From the NCBI GenBank assembly GCA_964019425.1, contig OZ025784.1, positions 1,302,001-1,366,000 on the forward strand: DNA of 64,000 nucleotides. The letters run 5' to 3'. Each line of letters begins with the position of its first letter. Position 1 is the stretch's first letter. The notes under the pieces are model-generated. The model was given only the letters and a program-made list of their open reading frames with translations. It had not been told where the DNA came from and made no database searches. Below, one piece after another: positions 12,094-23,137 of the stretch. A program made the position numbers and the translations under genes. The DNA comes from Flectonema sp. DT1601. Taxonomy: Eukaryota.

Positions 12094-12785
12094 TTTATAG
12101 TTTTTATCTGAAATAGTTAATATTAAATAAATGAGATCGAAGAAATAAGTACCCGCGAAAAAATGGTTACTAACGATCATCTCACGTTCAGCTTTCTCAT
12201 GAGATAGATATTTATAACTGCAAAGGGACGTAAAGAGAATGCTGTCCCCTTTTTTTCTATTTTGCTTACCCCTAGTGATGGTCACAAAAGAGCACACAAC
12301 ACAAAAGTATGAAGTCGGTAGTAAAAAAATCTATTTCTTTTTTCTTTCTTTCCTTTTTTTTCTTTCCCCCTTCCTTTTATTTTCTACCGTTTTTTTTTTT
12401 TTGTTTTTTTCGTTTTTTCATTCTTTTCTCCCTTTTAAAGCACCATTTTCATGATTAGTGACTAATATATCAATATCAATACCAGTAAAGAATGATGATA
12501 AGTGTCCCAAACCTTAAACACGATTTATCCAGTCTAGTAGTGGAATAATATAAATCACATCGACTTTCGACTTTCTGTGAAGTGGATCGAAAACAAAAAA
12601 ATAGAAAATAACGAAGAATAATAAAAACAGAGCTGACCCAATTCCAAATCCAACTTCAAATTATAAGCTGGGAGAAAAGCACAAAACCTAAACAGAATTT
12701 GTGATGAAATAAAAAGAAGAAAGAAAAAAAAATGACATCACAAAATGAAACAGTAACTTACCTACATAATAATAGTTAAGCTAAA

Positions 12786-15419
12786 TCATTTCTTCCATGT
12801 AGGATGTTCGAATATAGGTTTGTTGTGAGCAGCAGCAATAATTTCTGATCCCGACAGTGTGGGTGATTGTAAGCTTGAAGGTAATTTATTTGTCAGCTTT
12901 CTCTGAGTAATGAACTCCTTCAATTGAATGGAATCATCAGCTAGTCGACTTACCTCCGACTGAAGGTTGAGATTATTATTATGAAGACGAATAACAAGGT
13001 CTTGCATTCTCTTAAGCTTCGTATCAATAATCACATCTCTGTGTGAATCTCTTTGAGCTAAACTTGACTCAAGAACAGCAATCCTCTGAGTTAATTCGAC
13101 GACGTCATCATTTCGTGTGTCATTCAGTATCACACTTTGATCAATTGGATCTTTATAAATAGCTGCTGTGGGTGTTCTTCTTGTTGGTCTGGATGCAGGT
13201 TTCTCACCATCAAGACTCATTCCTTTTATCTTAACAGGTATGTCTGGAAATTCTTCGTCTTCTTCAACATAAGTAGTTACAGCAGCGCGCTTCTCTAGTG
13301 CTCCTTGTAATTCTTTTAAACTGGATTGAATTTGATTTGAATCACCTTCGAGTTGAGAGGCTCCAGATGAAGAAACAATCGCAGGAGGTTTGTTTTTATT
13401 TCCATCAATCAAGTGACGTAGCTGTCGTTCTGTCTGGTCAACTTCACGTTCCTTTACGAGGATTGGTTCTCCATTTTCTTCTTCTTCTTCTTCGTCTTCT
13501 TTTAGTTTTTTTCCCGAAGCAAGCTGTCCCAAGCGTAGTAGTTTGCGACATAGCCTAGTTTGCTGTTTTGCAGTCTCCCTTGCTTTATCCATTTCCTTGG
13601 TGGCTTCACGATCGTGTTCTTGAAGAGATGCAGCACCTTTTCTGTGTAGGGCTTCTGATTCAACGTGTTGATCCTGTAGTATGGCATACTTTTGTTCTAA
13701 ATCAATAATTTTAGACCTGGCGTCAGCTACTTCGTGCTGCAGGTCGCTATCGTTGTGCGACCGAGCTTTACCGAGCTCAGCTTCCAACTGTTGAGAATGT
13801 TGTTTGTTGCCAAGGCTAAGTTGATAAACTTTATCTTGTAATTCCTGAATAAGATTTTTCGAATTTTCCACTTCTTCATTAGCGAGGCGCTTTTCTTTTC
13901 TGAATCGATCGGCTTTTTTCGTCTTTAAATCATTATCAGACTCTAACTCATCGCAAAGTTTTTCCAGATCTTCTTGTGACGCCTGTAGTTGAGTAGATTC
14001 CTCTTCCAAATCTTTTATTTGATTTTCGAGCATTTCTATTTTAGCGTTGAGTTGATCGACAGTCTGAGACGTACCTCCAACACCACCTCCATGTTGTCGT
14101 AGTGTGTCTAACTCTTCAGTTAATTTATTATTTGTAATCTGAAGGGAACTTATCATTTTGTGTTCTGACTTTACTCCGATTTCTCCACCCGAAAGTTGAT
14201 ACTTCCGAAGCTTTAGTTTATACGATAGTAGCAGTAGCTGCTTGCCAACAAGTGACTTGCGAATCTCCTTAGCTTCCTTTTCGAGGTTTTTAATCCTCGA
14301 TTTGTCGTCATTGATTTCATTTCTATGGATAACGTTCTTTACTTGTGATGCTCGAAATGCGAATTTCAATGTGCTTCTGGTCTCTTCCAAGTGTTCTTCA
14401 GCTTCAGTAATTGCAGCAATCACAGTTGTGACACTATTACCACCCAATGCAGTTTGTAGAATACGAGTTAGCATTGAGTCTCTGTAGGGAATGTGACCTT
14501 TTTTTCGATTTTCTGGGTCGCTCAATTTTTCTATGACAGTTCCCAAAAATAGCAGTGATTTGTTAATGTTCGCACCTTCCTTTTTGCGATCTCCGGTAGC
14601 GCCAGTTTTGCTAATTCGTTCAGAACCTGCCAAGTCAACTAAATGAAGAGCAGACATCTTAAGACTATCACTCTGTTGTATATTAATAGGATTACCTCTA
14701 GCGTCTACATCTCGAAGATCGCTTTCAAATGAAGCGTCAGTCAGTTTGCTTTCTCCTCCTGATGTTTCCCAACATTCAACATCCAGTCGTACAATACAGT
14801 GACTTCGACTTGATCTATCACTCATAGAGTGTGCAGCAGTAACTCTTCGAGCCTCCGCTTCTTTGTGAATATAATTAATAAATTGTTCTGTTGATGTGAC
14901 TGTCTGTCTCACTGCACCATCAACATAAACACCCCTCATAGGTGAATTTACGATACGTAAGGTGTTTGCAGGTGAATCTGAGGGCGCCAGGAGATCTCGC
15001 AGCTGTTCGTTGTATATTTCAAGCATAGAACACTTGATTACGAAGTCTTTTCCATTTCGCTGTTGTTCCGCTACGATCGAAAACATATCTTCTACTGCGA
15101 AGGGAACAATACCAACGTGTTTACCTTCTCCAAGCATTGTAAAGGACTTGCCGGAGCTGGTTTGACCGTATGCGAAAACAGTAGCATTAAAACCCCCCAT
15201 ACATGATTGTACAATAGGACCAGCCACTACTCTGTCATAGATCTCTCTCGTATTTTGCTCTTTTGTGAAGACGTAGTCAAAACTGAATCTCGAATCCGGA
15301 TTGGCCCTCTCTATCAGCATATTATCGTTTACATTCCATCCACTATTCCGCTCCCCGATTTCAGGCCGTAGAGGCCGAACTCGAACGGCGACTGTGACCG
15401 CCTGTTTCCTCTTATCCAT
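12786..15419 (-). CDS. N-terminal-motor kinesin, kinesin-7/CENP-E-like, with coiled-coil stalk
   Basis: VAVRVRP, P-loop FAYGQTSSGKSFTM, LEIYNE, switch I SSRSH, switch II LVDLAGSER, HIPYRDS. Start may be 15419 or 15452. Subfamily inferred from the GQTSSGK motif. Confidence 0.92.
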   Translation of the reverse strand: MDKRKQAVTVAVRVRPLRPEIGERNSGWNVNDNMLIERANPDSRFSFDYVFTKEQNTREIYDRVVAGPIVQSCMGGFNATVFAYGQTSSGKSFTMLGEGKHVGIVPFAVEDMFSIVAEQQRNGKDFVIKCSMLEIYNEQLRDLLAPSDSPANTLRIVNSPMRGVYVDGAVRQTVTSTEQFINYIHKEAEARRVTAAHSMSDRSSRSHCIVRLDVECWETSGGESKLTDASFESDLRDVDARGNPINIQQSDSLKMSALHLVDLAGSERISKTGATGDRKKEGANINKSLLFLGTVIEKLSDPENRKKGHIPYRDSMLTRILQTALGGNSVTTVIAAITEAEEHLEETRSTLKFAFRASQVKNVIHRNEINDDKSRIKNLEKEAKEIRKSLVGKQLLLLSYKLKLRKYQLSGGEIGVKSEHKMISSLQITNNKLTEELDTLRQHGGGVGGTSQTVDQLNAKIEMLENQIKDLEEESTQLQASQEDLEKLCDELESDNDLKTKKADRFRKEKRLANEEVENSKNLIQELQDKVYQLSLGNKQHSQQLEAELGKARSHNDSDLQHEVADARSKIIDLEQKYAILQDQHVESEALHRKGAASLQEHDREATKEMDKARETAKQQTRLCRKLLRLGQLASGKKLKEDEEEEEENGEPILVKEREVDQTERQLRHLIDGNKNKPPAIVSSSGASQLEGDSNQIQSSLKELQGALEKRAAVTTYVEEDEEFPDIPVKIKGMSLDGEKPASRPTRRTPTAAIYKDPIDQSVILNDTRNDDVVELTQRIAVLESSLAQRDSHRDVIIDTKLKRMQDLVIRLHNNNLNLQSEVSRLADDSIQLKEFITQRKLTNKLPSSLQSPTLSGSEIIAAAHNKPIFEHPTWKK

Positions 15420-15769
15420 ACCACTGTTGTACTTCTGTGAGGGATAAAACATAAACTATGTACGGTATTACTTCATAGCGACGGGATATCTAATTACATA
15501 TAACAGGTATAAATCGTGCACACGTATTGCGAAAATTTGATCAACGGAACTGAATAAAAAGCGCACTATCGGTGTTAAACACCTATTTAAAGAATATTGT
15601 TTTGCAAACGTCGTGAAAACGACATGCGATCCCAATAAAACACCTAAGAGTGTAAATGTATTACAATGAATATATTCGTGTAAATTAAATACAAATGAAG
15701 ATGGTCATTTTTAAAAAGTTTTCGAACTTCGAATACTTTACTGGAAAGGAAACCTTCCTTTTGAATGAG

Positions 15770-17815
15770 TCAACCATTTACTCCAATAATTATAAACCAA
15801 ACCATATTTATGATAACAAAGATTGTTGGAGCAATCCATCGATAGATGTTTTCCATATCTCGCAACGTACTCCTCGTTATTCCACAGCCGCAGAAGACTA
15901 GCGCACTTATACCGTACACTTCAAGAATCTCAAAATCAGTTACAAGAGATGCGAACCCCTCTAAGTCTATCCGACCATCAGGATGCCTTCTACGTAGTTG
16001 TCTTATCAAATAAGCCTGATAAGCTGGATCTACTCCCATGTATTGAAGCATAGGTACCATTTCCTCAGCAGTTATTGTACCTGAACAGTCTTGATCAAAG
16101 GTTACAAAGCATTCTTTGATGTAGGCTTGTGCTGCTATGCTCATATTTTGAATGTCTTCTCTTGTTTGATACTTTCGTCTGTGTTTGTGAGGAAATGCAG
16201 GGCTCTTTGGGTCAGTAAAGACTTCCTTTTTTGGAATGTCGAGAACATTATATGAATATGTTTTAGGCGTTACAAATACTCCGTCCTTGAGGGTCAAGGG
16301 TATACCTCCAATGTTGGTAAAGCATTCGTTAGATGAAGAAGAGTCTGTAGGTATTGTAATGGTGAGTTCTTCTCGAAGTGGAGCACACTTTACTACTTCC
16401 AGTCGGGTAGGTGGCTCCTCACCGCCAGTAAGTTCAGGTACAACCTGATTATCGCTATCGCTGCAGACGCCTGCAGTTGTGTCACTCTTGATTGGTTTTG
16501 TTTCGGATGTTTTATCTTGAGTCTCAGCTAAAAGAGTATCTGGTTTGTTCTGTACAATTTTGAAAGTGTCCATTTTCGATTGAATTTGCTGTTCCTTTAC
16601 TGTCAGCCTCGATGCGAAGTGATTAATCACACCATACTCTCCAACGTTGAGAACCACAAAGACAAAGCAAAGTATAAAATATGCATCCATAGCTGTAGTG
16701 TAACGAACTTCTGGTAGATCAGATCTAAAAGAGTGCATTTGGTTGATCATAACTAAAACTGTAGTGATTCCCATACCAACACGAGCAGGAGCACTCCCAG
16801 CGTCGATCCAACAACTCCCAATTGAAAGTGCGCAAATAAGCCACAAAGGGAGAAACGTTGTAAATATATATGTTGTCCGCTGTCTTATGAATCGAAACTT
16901 CCAACGCACGCCAAAGAATGTACGGGGACCATACTGCTTCTGAATCAGAGTGGCAGCTGGATTTGCCACATAGTAAGAACCTACAGTTCTGTGATCAGCA
17001 CAAACGTCGCAATTATTATCAATATCAATGGGAGCAAAAGTAGAAGACGCTGGTGGCAAGTCATACCTGACCCTGTCAGGTGTCCATCCATAAGACTCTA
17101 TATCATTATAACAAACTTGTGTATCAAACGGGTAATACAGAAAATTCATATCACAAGTGGCAGCTACAATAATCCTTCGAGAGTAAAAAACACTACCATC
17201 ACTATTAATAACTGTGTACTCTTCTTGGTCGGGTGATGTAACAGTAATACTAGTTGAGAAGAATGAATCAGGTATCCAAATACTGGCCGCAGGAATGTAG
17301 CTAATTTCTGTAATATTGTCAAAGTCAGGAGGGTGCCAGGAGAGTCGTGTATCAATCCACCGTTGTCGAAAATAAGCTGTGTAGTCATACCGCTGAGAGA
17401 TGGTATCTAGATTCCCTATTTTTGTGATGGTCGCAAAGACAGAAACATTAACAATTCCAGCAGGTGTGCGAGACTTATCATAAACTTCACGTAAATCGCT
17501 GTGTTTAATTTCATATACCGAGCTACCATTCAATTCTCCGCAATGCCCTCTGTTTGCAGTATAATTTGAAGCTCTACATGGCTGGCTAGATACTGATGCA
17601 AAAAATAGAAAATTCCTCATCTTAGCCAATGTACCACATACAAGAATGTCATTAACCTCCTCTTTGAGCTCTACATACTCTGATAAGCACAGATCGCTGT
17701 TGGCATTTCCATGACGAACAAAATCATTTGCGGTCACGAACTGGCCCAAGTTCGATTCTGTACGACGCGTGGTGCCGAAAAGCAGACTAAGTATCACTAA
17801 ATACATCGAGCCCAT
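15770..17815 (-). CDS. Cys-loop pentameric ligand-gated ion channel, predicted anion-selective, with EF-hand(s) in the M3-M4 loop, 681 aa
   Basis: Signal-like N-terminus, RQRWIDTRL, IWIPDSFF, Cys-loop CDMNFLYYPFDTQVC (C-x13-C), M2 SAPARVGMGITTVL (PAR motif), M3 TAMDAYFILCFVFV, EF loop DQDCSGTITAEE, M4 RWIAPTIFVIINMVWF. Confidence 0.9.
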   Translation of the reverse strand: MGSMYLVILSLLFGTTRRTESNLGQFVTANDFVRHGNANSDLCLSEYVELKEEVNDILVCGTLAKMRNFLFFASVSSQPCRASNYTANRGHCGELNGSSVYEIKHSDLREVYDKSRTPAGIVNVSVFATITKIGNLDTISQRYDYTAYFRQRWIDTRLSWHPPDFDNITEISYIPAASIWIPDSFFSTSITVTSPDQEEYTVINSDGSVFYSRRIIVAATCDMNFLYYPFDTQVCYNDIESYGWTPDRVRYDLPPASSTFAPIDIDNNCDVCADHRTVGSYYVANPAATLIQKQYGPRTFFGVRWKFRFIRQRTTYIFTTFLPLWLICALSIGSCWIDAGSAPARVGMGITTVLVMINQMHSFRSDLPEVRYTTAMDAYFILCFVFVVLNVGEYGVINHFASRLTVKEQQIQSKMDTFKIVQNKPDTLLAETQDKTSETKPIKSDTTAGVCSDSDNQVVPELTGGEEPPTRLEVVKCAPLREELTITIPTDSSSSNECFTNIGGIPLTLKDGVFVTPKTYSYNVLDIPKKEVFTDPKSPAFPHKHRRKYQTREDIQNMSIAAQAYIKECFVTFDQDCSGTITAEEMVPMLQYMGVDPAYQAYLIRQLRRRHPDGRIDLEGFASLVTDFEILEVYGISALVFCGCGITRSTLRDMENIYRWIAPTIFVIINMVWFIIIGVNG

Positions 17816-19063
17816 GGGTCTGAACTACTGTGGTAATAGAGCTTTAATAATTATGTTCCTTTACTTTCACAAAACAGTTTTCCCAGAAATGCACTATTTT
17901 TGTTCTATTTACAGGAATGTTTCGGACAGTTCTTGAAATGAAATAAAGCAAGGTACGAGGACGAACCTGAGAAAAAGTTTAAAGAAAGTAGCAAAAATAA
18001 CAGTGAACCAAAACACATCAAAATGCCTGTCGGCATTAGTATGATGACGACATGTTTGGAGATAGCGGTGCTTGAAACGATGTGAGGGAGGCCCGTCTCA
18101 AAAGGACCGCCCAGACCCACCTGCATCTATCCACACGCACCACATACAGACTGAGATCATACTTGTCCAAAAAGCTTTTCGCTCATCGCTTTAATGGTAT
18201 TCCTTACTACCACAAACGCACCCATCTAACTCCCGCAGTTAGCGAGTGGCTACTTTGCCATTATGCGCCATCCAATACTTATTCTCTAACTTATCGAGCA
18301 ATCTTTCCGCAGCTCCCTATGCCAGTATATCGCGCCATGCAATACATTTGCTGCGGACGCCAACCCGAACTCTTGACTCCACATTATCTGGAGTAAATTG
18401 ACACACCCCCTTTACTCTTCAACAATTCGCTTGATTTGCTGTATTTGTAATTGAAACAACTGCTGATTCTGCGCTGACAACGACATCATCTGCTGCATCA
18501 TATCGCAGGCGTGGTCGAGGATTCACGGCACAATTTTGGATTTTTCAACCAGAAATTAGTAAGAAAAAGAGTACAAAAGCAGACTTGGTGATCATTCCCT
18601 GAGTAAACTGAGAGAACACCACTTAGGCACTCCACGCAATGCGACCAAAGCCACGTTCTGGGAATGCACAACGATCAGCAGACAATGCTCTTATGTGATA
18701 TTCCAGACTCGGAACATGGACAAGTGGTGTAAGAGACCCTTCATGTCAAGCAGACTTGAAGAGACTTCTTCGATGATTATCAGAAAGACGGGTGCTGAGA
18801 TATTTCCTCGGGAAGAAGTCTCCTTCAACGAAGCGCCAACGGATAGACTAACAACATTGACGTCTATCACGATTGAGAAGCCATGGAGGGAGAAGTTGAT
18901 AGTTATAAGAGCATGTTATGTCGGGACTCTACTCGCACTAACTTCAGCAACATTGGCACTGGAGGACGAGTCCCTTTCTATTATTACTACAACTGCGACG
19001 TCTGTTTCAACCCTTTCTTATCATCGGTTTCATCATCGACCTTAACTGAGGCGATCGGTGGAG

Positions 19064-19226
19064 GTGTTCACGATTTTTCACTTTGCTACAGAAAATTCAC
19101 GATTTTTCACGATTTTTCACAATTTTTCACGATTTTTCACGATTTTTCATTTAATTTTTTGCTGCTTTCTGGTAGTGAAATCCTGTGAAAATGTGTGAAA
19201 ATGTGTGAATTCTAGTGAAAAAAGTG
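19064..19226. repeat. Short 10-bp tandem repeat (TTCACGATTT) followed by inverted GTGAAA copies
   Basis: Several GATTTTTCAC units, then GTGAAAATGT units; a similar patch lies at ~19890-19955. Confidence 0.55.
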
Positions 19227-19966
19227 AGTGATATCCAGATGGTACCGTTGGTGCTGGTGTGCTGTGCGATGTCAAACCTGTTCAGTTTGCCATACATGTT
19301 ACTTGAAGTCATCTTCAACTTCTAGTCCCATACCACCCAATACATCTAACAGCTTTGATCTGCTAGTCACATACAGCAAGATCTCTGCTGGCAGGGATCT
19401 TGCTTCTCTTACGAGAGCCAGGTGAATGAATTACCACAATAAACTGTAGAGAACGATATGATTAACAAGCACTACCACTTCAACGATCACCACACATGCC
19501 TATCAACCCACCTGTGCTAGAATAGCTCAGCAACCACATGAAACTGTAACAAGAACTGGATTAAAGAGAACTTTAGTATTAACAACGGTGCATCATTGCA
19601 AGAACTTTGAAGAATGTGATTGAGCTACTCAACAATCAGAAGCAATCGCGATGTTTTCGCAACATCGACATCGTCTCTCAGACTCAAGTCATATATTTGG
19701 ACCTGTACTTTGCTAAGTGTATTAGTGAGCTTCAGAACAGTGAACAATACATGACATGAAGACTGGCAATGATACTTACCTAGGTCGACCTCGATAATTC
19801 TCCCCACGAGCCGATGACAACTACGAAGCAATGCAGTTCGGGGCCCCCCTGAGTAGTTTTTTCTACCAAGACCACACATCTCAATATCAAAATTCACGAA
19901 AATTCACGATTTTTCACCATGTTTTTGGCAGTGAATTTTAGTGAATTTCCGTGATAGGTAGTGTAT

Positions 19967-20780
19967 TTTCAAACTTTCTGTGGAGCTTGCCGTTTTTTAA
20001 TACTTTGTGTTGAGCTTGCCGTTTTTTAAAACTTTGTGTGTGGAGCTGGTTGTTTTTGAAAACTTTGTGTGGAGCTTGCCGTTTTTTAAAACTTTGTGTG
20101 TGGAGCTGGTGGTTTTTGAAAACTTTGTGTGGAGCTTGCCATTTTTTAAATCTTCTCATGTGGAGCTTGCCGTTTTTTAAAACTTTGAGTGTGGAGCTGG
20201 TTTTTTGAAAACTTTGCATGTGGAGCTTGCCATTTTTTAAAACTTTGAGTGTGGAGCTTGCCGTTTTTGAAAATTTTGTGTGCGGAGCTTGAAGTTTTTG
20301 AAAACTTTGTGTGGAGCTGGTTTTTTTTGAAAATTTTGTGTGGAGCTTGCAGTTTTTGAAAACTTTGTGTGTGGAGCTTGCTGTTTTTGAAAACTTTTTG
20401 TGTGGAGCTGGTGGTTTTTGAAAACTTTGTGTGTGGAGCTGGTGGTTTTTGAAAACTTTGTGTGTGGAGCTTGCCATATTTGAAAACCTTTTGTGTGGAG
20501 CTGGTGATTTTTGAAAACTTTGTGTGGAGCTTGCCGTTTTTTAAAACTTCTCGTGTGGAGCTTGCCGTTTTTGAAAACTTTTTGGGTGGAGCTGGTGGTT
20601 TTTGAAAACTTTGTGTGTGGGGCTTGCCATTTTTTAAAATTTTGTGTGTGGAGCTTGCTGTTTTTGAAAACTTTGTGTGTGGAGCTGGTGGTTTTTGAAA
20701 ACTTTGTGTGTGGAGCTTGCCGTTTTTGAAAACTTTGTGCGGAGCTTGCCGTTTTTGAAAACTTTTTGTGTGGAGCTGGT
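19967..20780. repeat. Satellite 1, ~30-bp unit (TGTGTGGAGCTTGCCGTTTTTGAAAACTTT and a GGAGCTGGTGG variant), block 1
   Basis: Direct tandem repetition; accounts for the spurious repetitive ORFs here. Confidence 0.95.
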
Positions 20781-22028
20781 TTTTTTTATTTTCAGCTTAA
20801 TTAGCTACGAATTGTTTCTACTAAGTGTTTCTCACTTAGATTTTTTTTTTGCTTTTCAGCTCCTTAAAAGCTGCTAAGTGTTTCTGCTAAGTGTTTCTCA
20901 CTTAGAATCTTATTTTTATGTTCGTTTTCTATCCCTTCTCCTATCCCTTTTGTTCAAAATAAGCGGGAGGAAATTCTCTCATTCACGCTAAGATGCACTC
21001 TGAACTTTGATTTTTTGATCTGAGTGTGAGGGAATGACCTGTTAGTGCATTGGGCATAGGCTGGGCTGCAGTTTAGATGTCTTAGGTGTTAATAGGGGGT
21101 TCCTCTTAGCATTTTTCTTTGTTACCACCTTATGATTTTCTTGAAGAAAAAAAATAGAAGTCATAATGGTGCTTCCCTCTGGAAGGGTTGTAAGCCATGG
21201 TGTCCAACTAGATTAAAGGACAAGTCTGGGATAATCCCTGCCAGAGGGGCGAGTATTCTACCATGGTTGAAATACTCTGGCAACTGATCTTCAATTTTAT
21301 GTTGTTTGTTAGCTGCTGGTGTATCTTGATTATGTGTTGATACTTGCATTTTTTTTTATTTGTAATCTTCTATTACAATCCTCTTTCTGTTCTGGTCTGT
21401 TACCTCATTTGTCTTGTTTAACTTCAGTTATATCCATTTTACTTTTTATTGTTTCCCATCTACTTTTTATTTTCTATTAGTTCTGGTCAGAAACTCCTGG
21501 GCAGCAAGAAGGAAAGTAGTTAAGTACTTCTGGGTGTTTGGCATCACCCCCCATAGTGAGCAAGTACAACAGGTAGCATTGGTAGTCTGTTGATCCTGAG
21601 TGATCCCAGCTACAGTTTTGTTTTTCTTTCTTTTTTTTAGAAGAAGATCAGGACATCCAAGCACTGCTGGATAGTTGCTGAATGCAGGGCCTGCCTGTGG
21701 CATTATAATAACAGGCTAAGTCATTTGTAGTTCATAGTTTACCTTTGATTTTATAACTTCACACAGGGTACTATGAACGATGAGAGATCCAGTGGGATCA
21801 CTCAGGGTCTAGTAGAGACCACCAATGTTGTGCGTTGATAGGCAAGGTGACCAACCTTGACATTCTTTCTTTTCTCTCCTGTTGTGACAAACACAAAATA
21901 CACACACAGCTTACAGTGTGTTCTTTGTGTATGTTTTCTTCAGGTGTGAGTAGTTTTTCTGTTCTTGCTCTTCAGGGAGGGCCTTAGCCAAAAGCTAACT
22001 GTCCAAATCTCACCTGGTAATTCAACTC
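20781..22028 (+). mobile_element. Non-autonomous element B, single slightly 5'-truncated copy inserted in satellite 1
   Basis: Matches 50886-52269; ends at the fixed terminus ...AATTCAACTC, after which the satellite resumes. Confidence 0.85.
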
Positions 22029-23137
22029 TGTGGAGCTTGCCGTTTTTGAAAACTTTTTCTGGAGCTGGTTTTTTTAAAACTTTGTGTTGAGCTTGCCGTT
22101 TTTCAAAACCTTTTGTGTGGAGCTGGTTTTTTTTGAAAACTTTGCGTGTGGAGCTGGTGGTTTTTGAAACTTTGTGTGGAGCTGGTGGTTTTAGAAAACT
22201 TTGTGTGTGGAGCTTGCCGTTTTTGAAAACTTTTTGTGTGGAGCAGGTGGTTTTTGAAAACTTTGTGTGTGGAGCTTGCCGTTTTTGAAAACTTTGTGTG
22301 TGGAGCTTGCCGTTTTTTAAAACTTTTTGTGTGGAGCTTGCCGTTTTTGAAAACTTTTTCTGTGGAGCAGGTGGTTTTTGAAAACTTTGTGTGTGGAGCT
22401 TGCCGTTTTTGAAAACTTTTTGTGTGGAGCTTGCCGTTTTTGAAAACTTTTTGTGTGGAGCTTGCCGTTTTTGAAAACTTTGTGTGTGGAGCTTGCCATT
22501 TTTTAAAACTTTTTGTGTGGAGCTTGCCGTTGAAAACTTTTTGTGTGGAGCTGGTTCTTTTTGTGTGGAGCTTGCCATTTTTGAAAACTTTGTGTGGAGC
22601 TTGCCGTTTTTTAAAACTTTTTGTGTGGAGCTGGTTTTTGAAATTTTTGTGTGGAGCTTGCCGTTCTTGAAAACTTTTTGTGTGGAGCTTGCCGTTTTTG
22701 AAAACTTCTTGTGTGGAGCTTGCCATTTTTTAAAACTTTTTGTGTGGAGCTTGCCGTTCTTGAAAACTTTTTGTGTGGAGCTGGTTCTTTTTGTGTGGAG
22801 CTTGCCATTTTTGAAAACTTTTTGTGTGGAGCTGGTTTTTTGAAACTTTTTGTGTGGAGCTGGTTTTTTGAAAACTTTGTGTGGAGCTTGCCGTTTTTGA
22901 AAACTTTTTGTGTGGAGCTTGCTGTTTTTTAAAACTTTTTGTGTGGAGTTGGTTTTTGAAAACTTTGTGTGTGGAGCTTGCTGTTTTTGAAAACTTTTTG
23001 TGTGGAGCTTGCCATTTTTGAAAACTTTTTGTGTGGAGCTGGTTTTTTGAAACTTTTTGTGTGGAGCTGGTTTTTTGAAAACTTTGTGTGGAGCTTGCCG
23101 TTTTTGAAAACTTTGTGTGTGGAGCTTGCTGTTTTTT
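22029..23137. repeat. Satellite 1, block 2
   Basis: Same ~30-bp unit. Confidence 0.95.

Noticed and set aside
12786..15419. Functional link between the CENP-E-like kinesin and the neighbouring satellite
   Set aside because: Adjacency alone is no evidence in a eukaryote.
17900..19900. Possible decayed gene or transposon fragments
   Set aside because: Composition is coding-like, but the ORFs are short and I recognise no motif.
21161..21703. Recurrent 78-aa (MPQAGPAF...) and 62-aa (MQVSTH...) ORFs in element B
   Set aside because: Short, no recognisable motif, antisense to the inferred RNA strand; recurrence only reflects copy identity. Coding is not strictly excluded.
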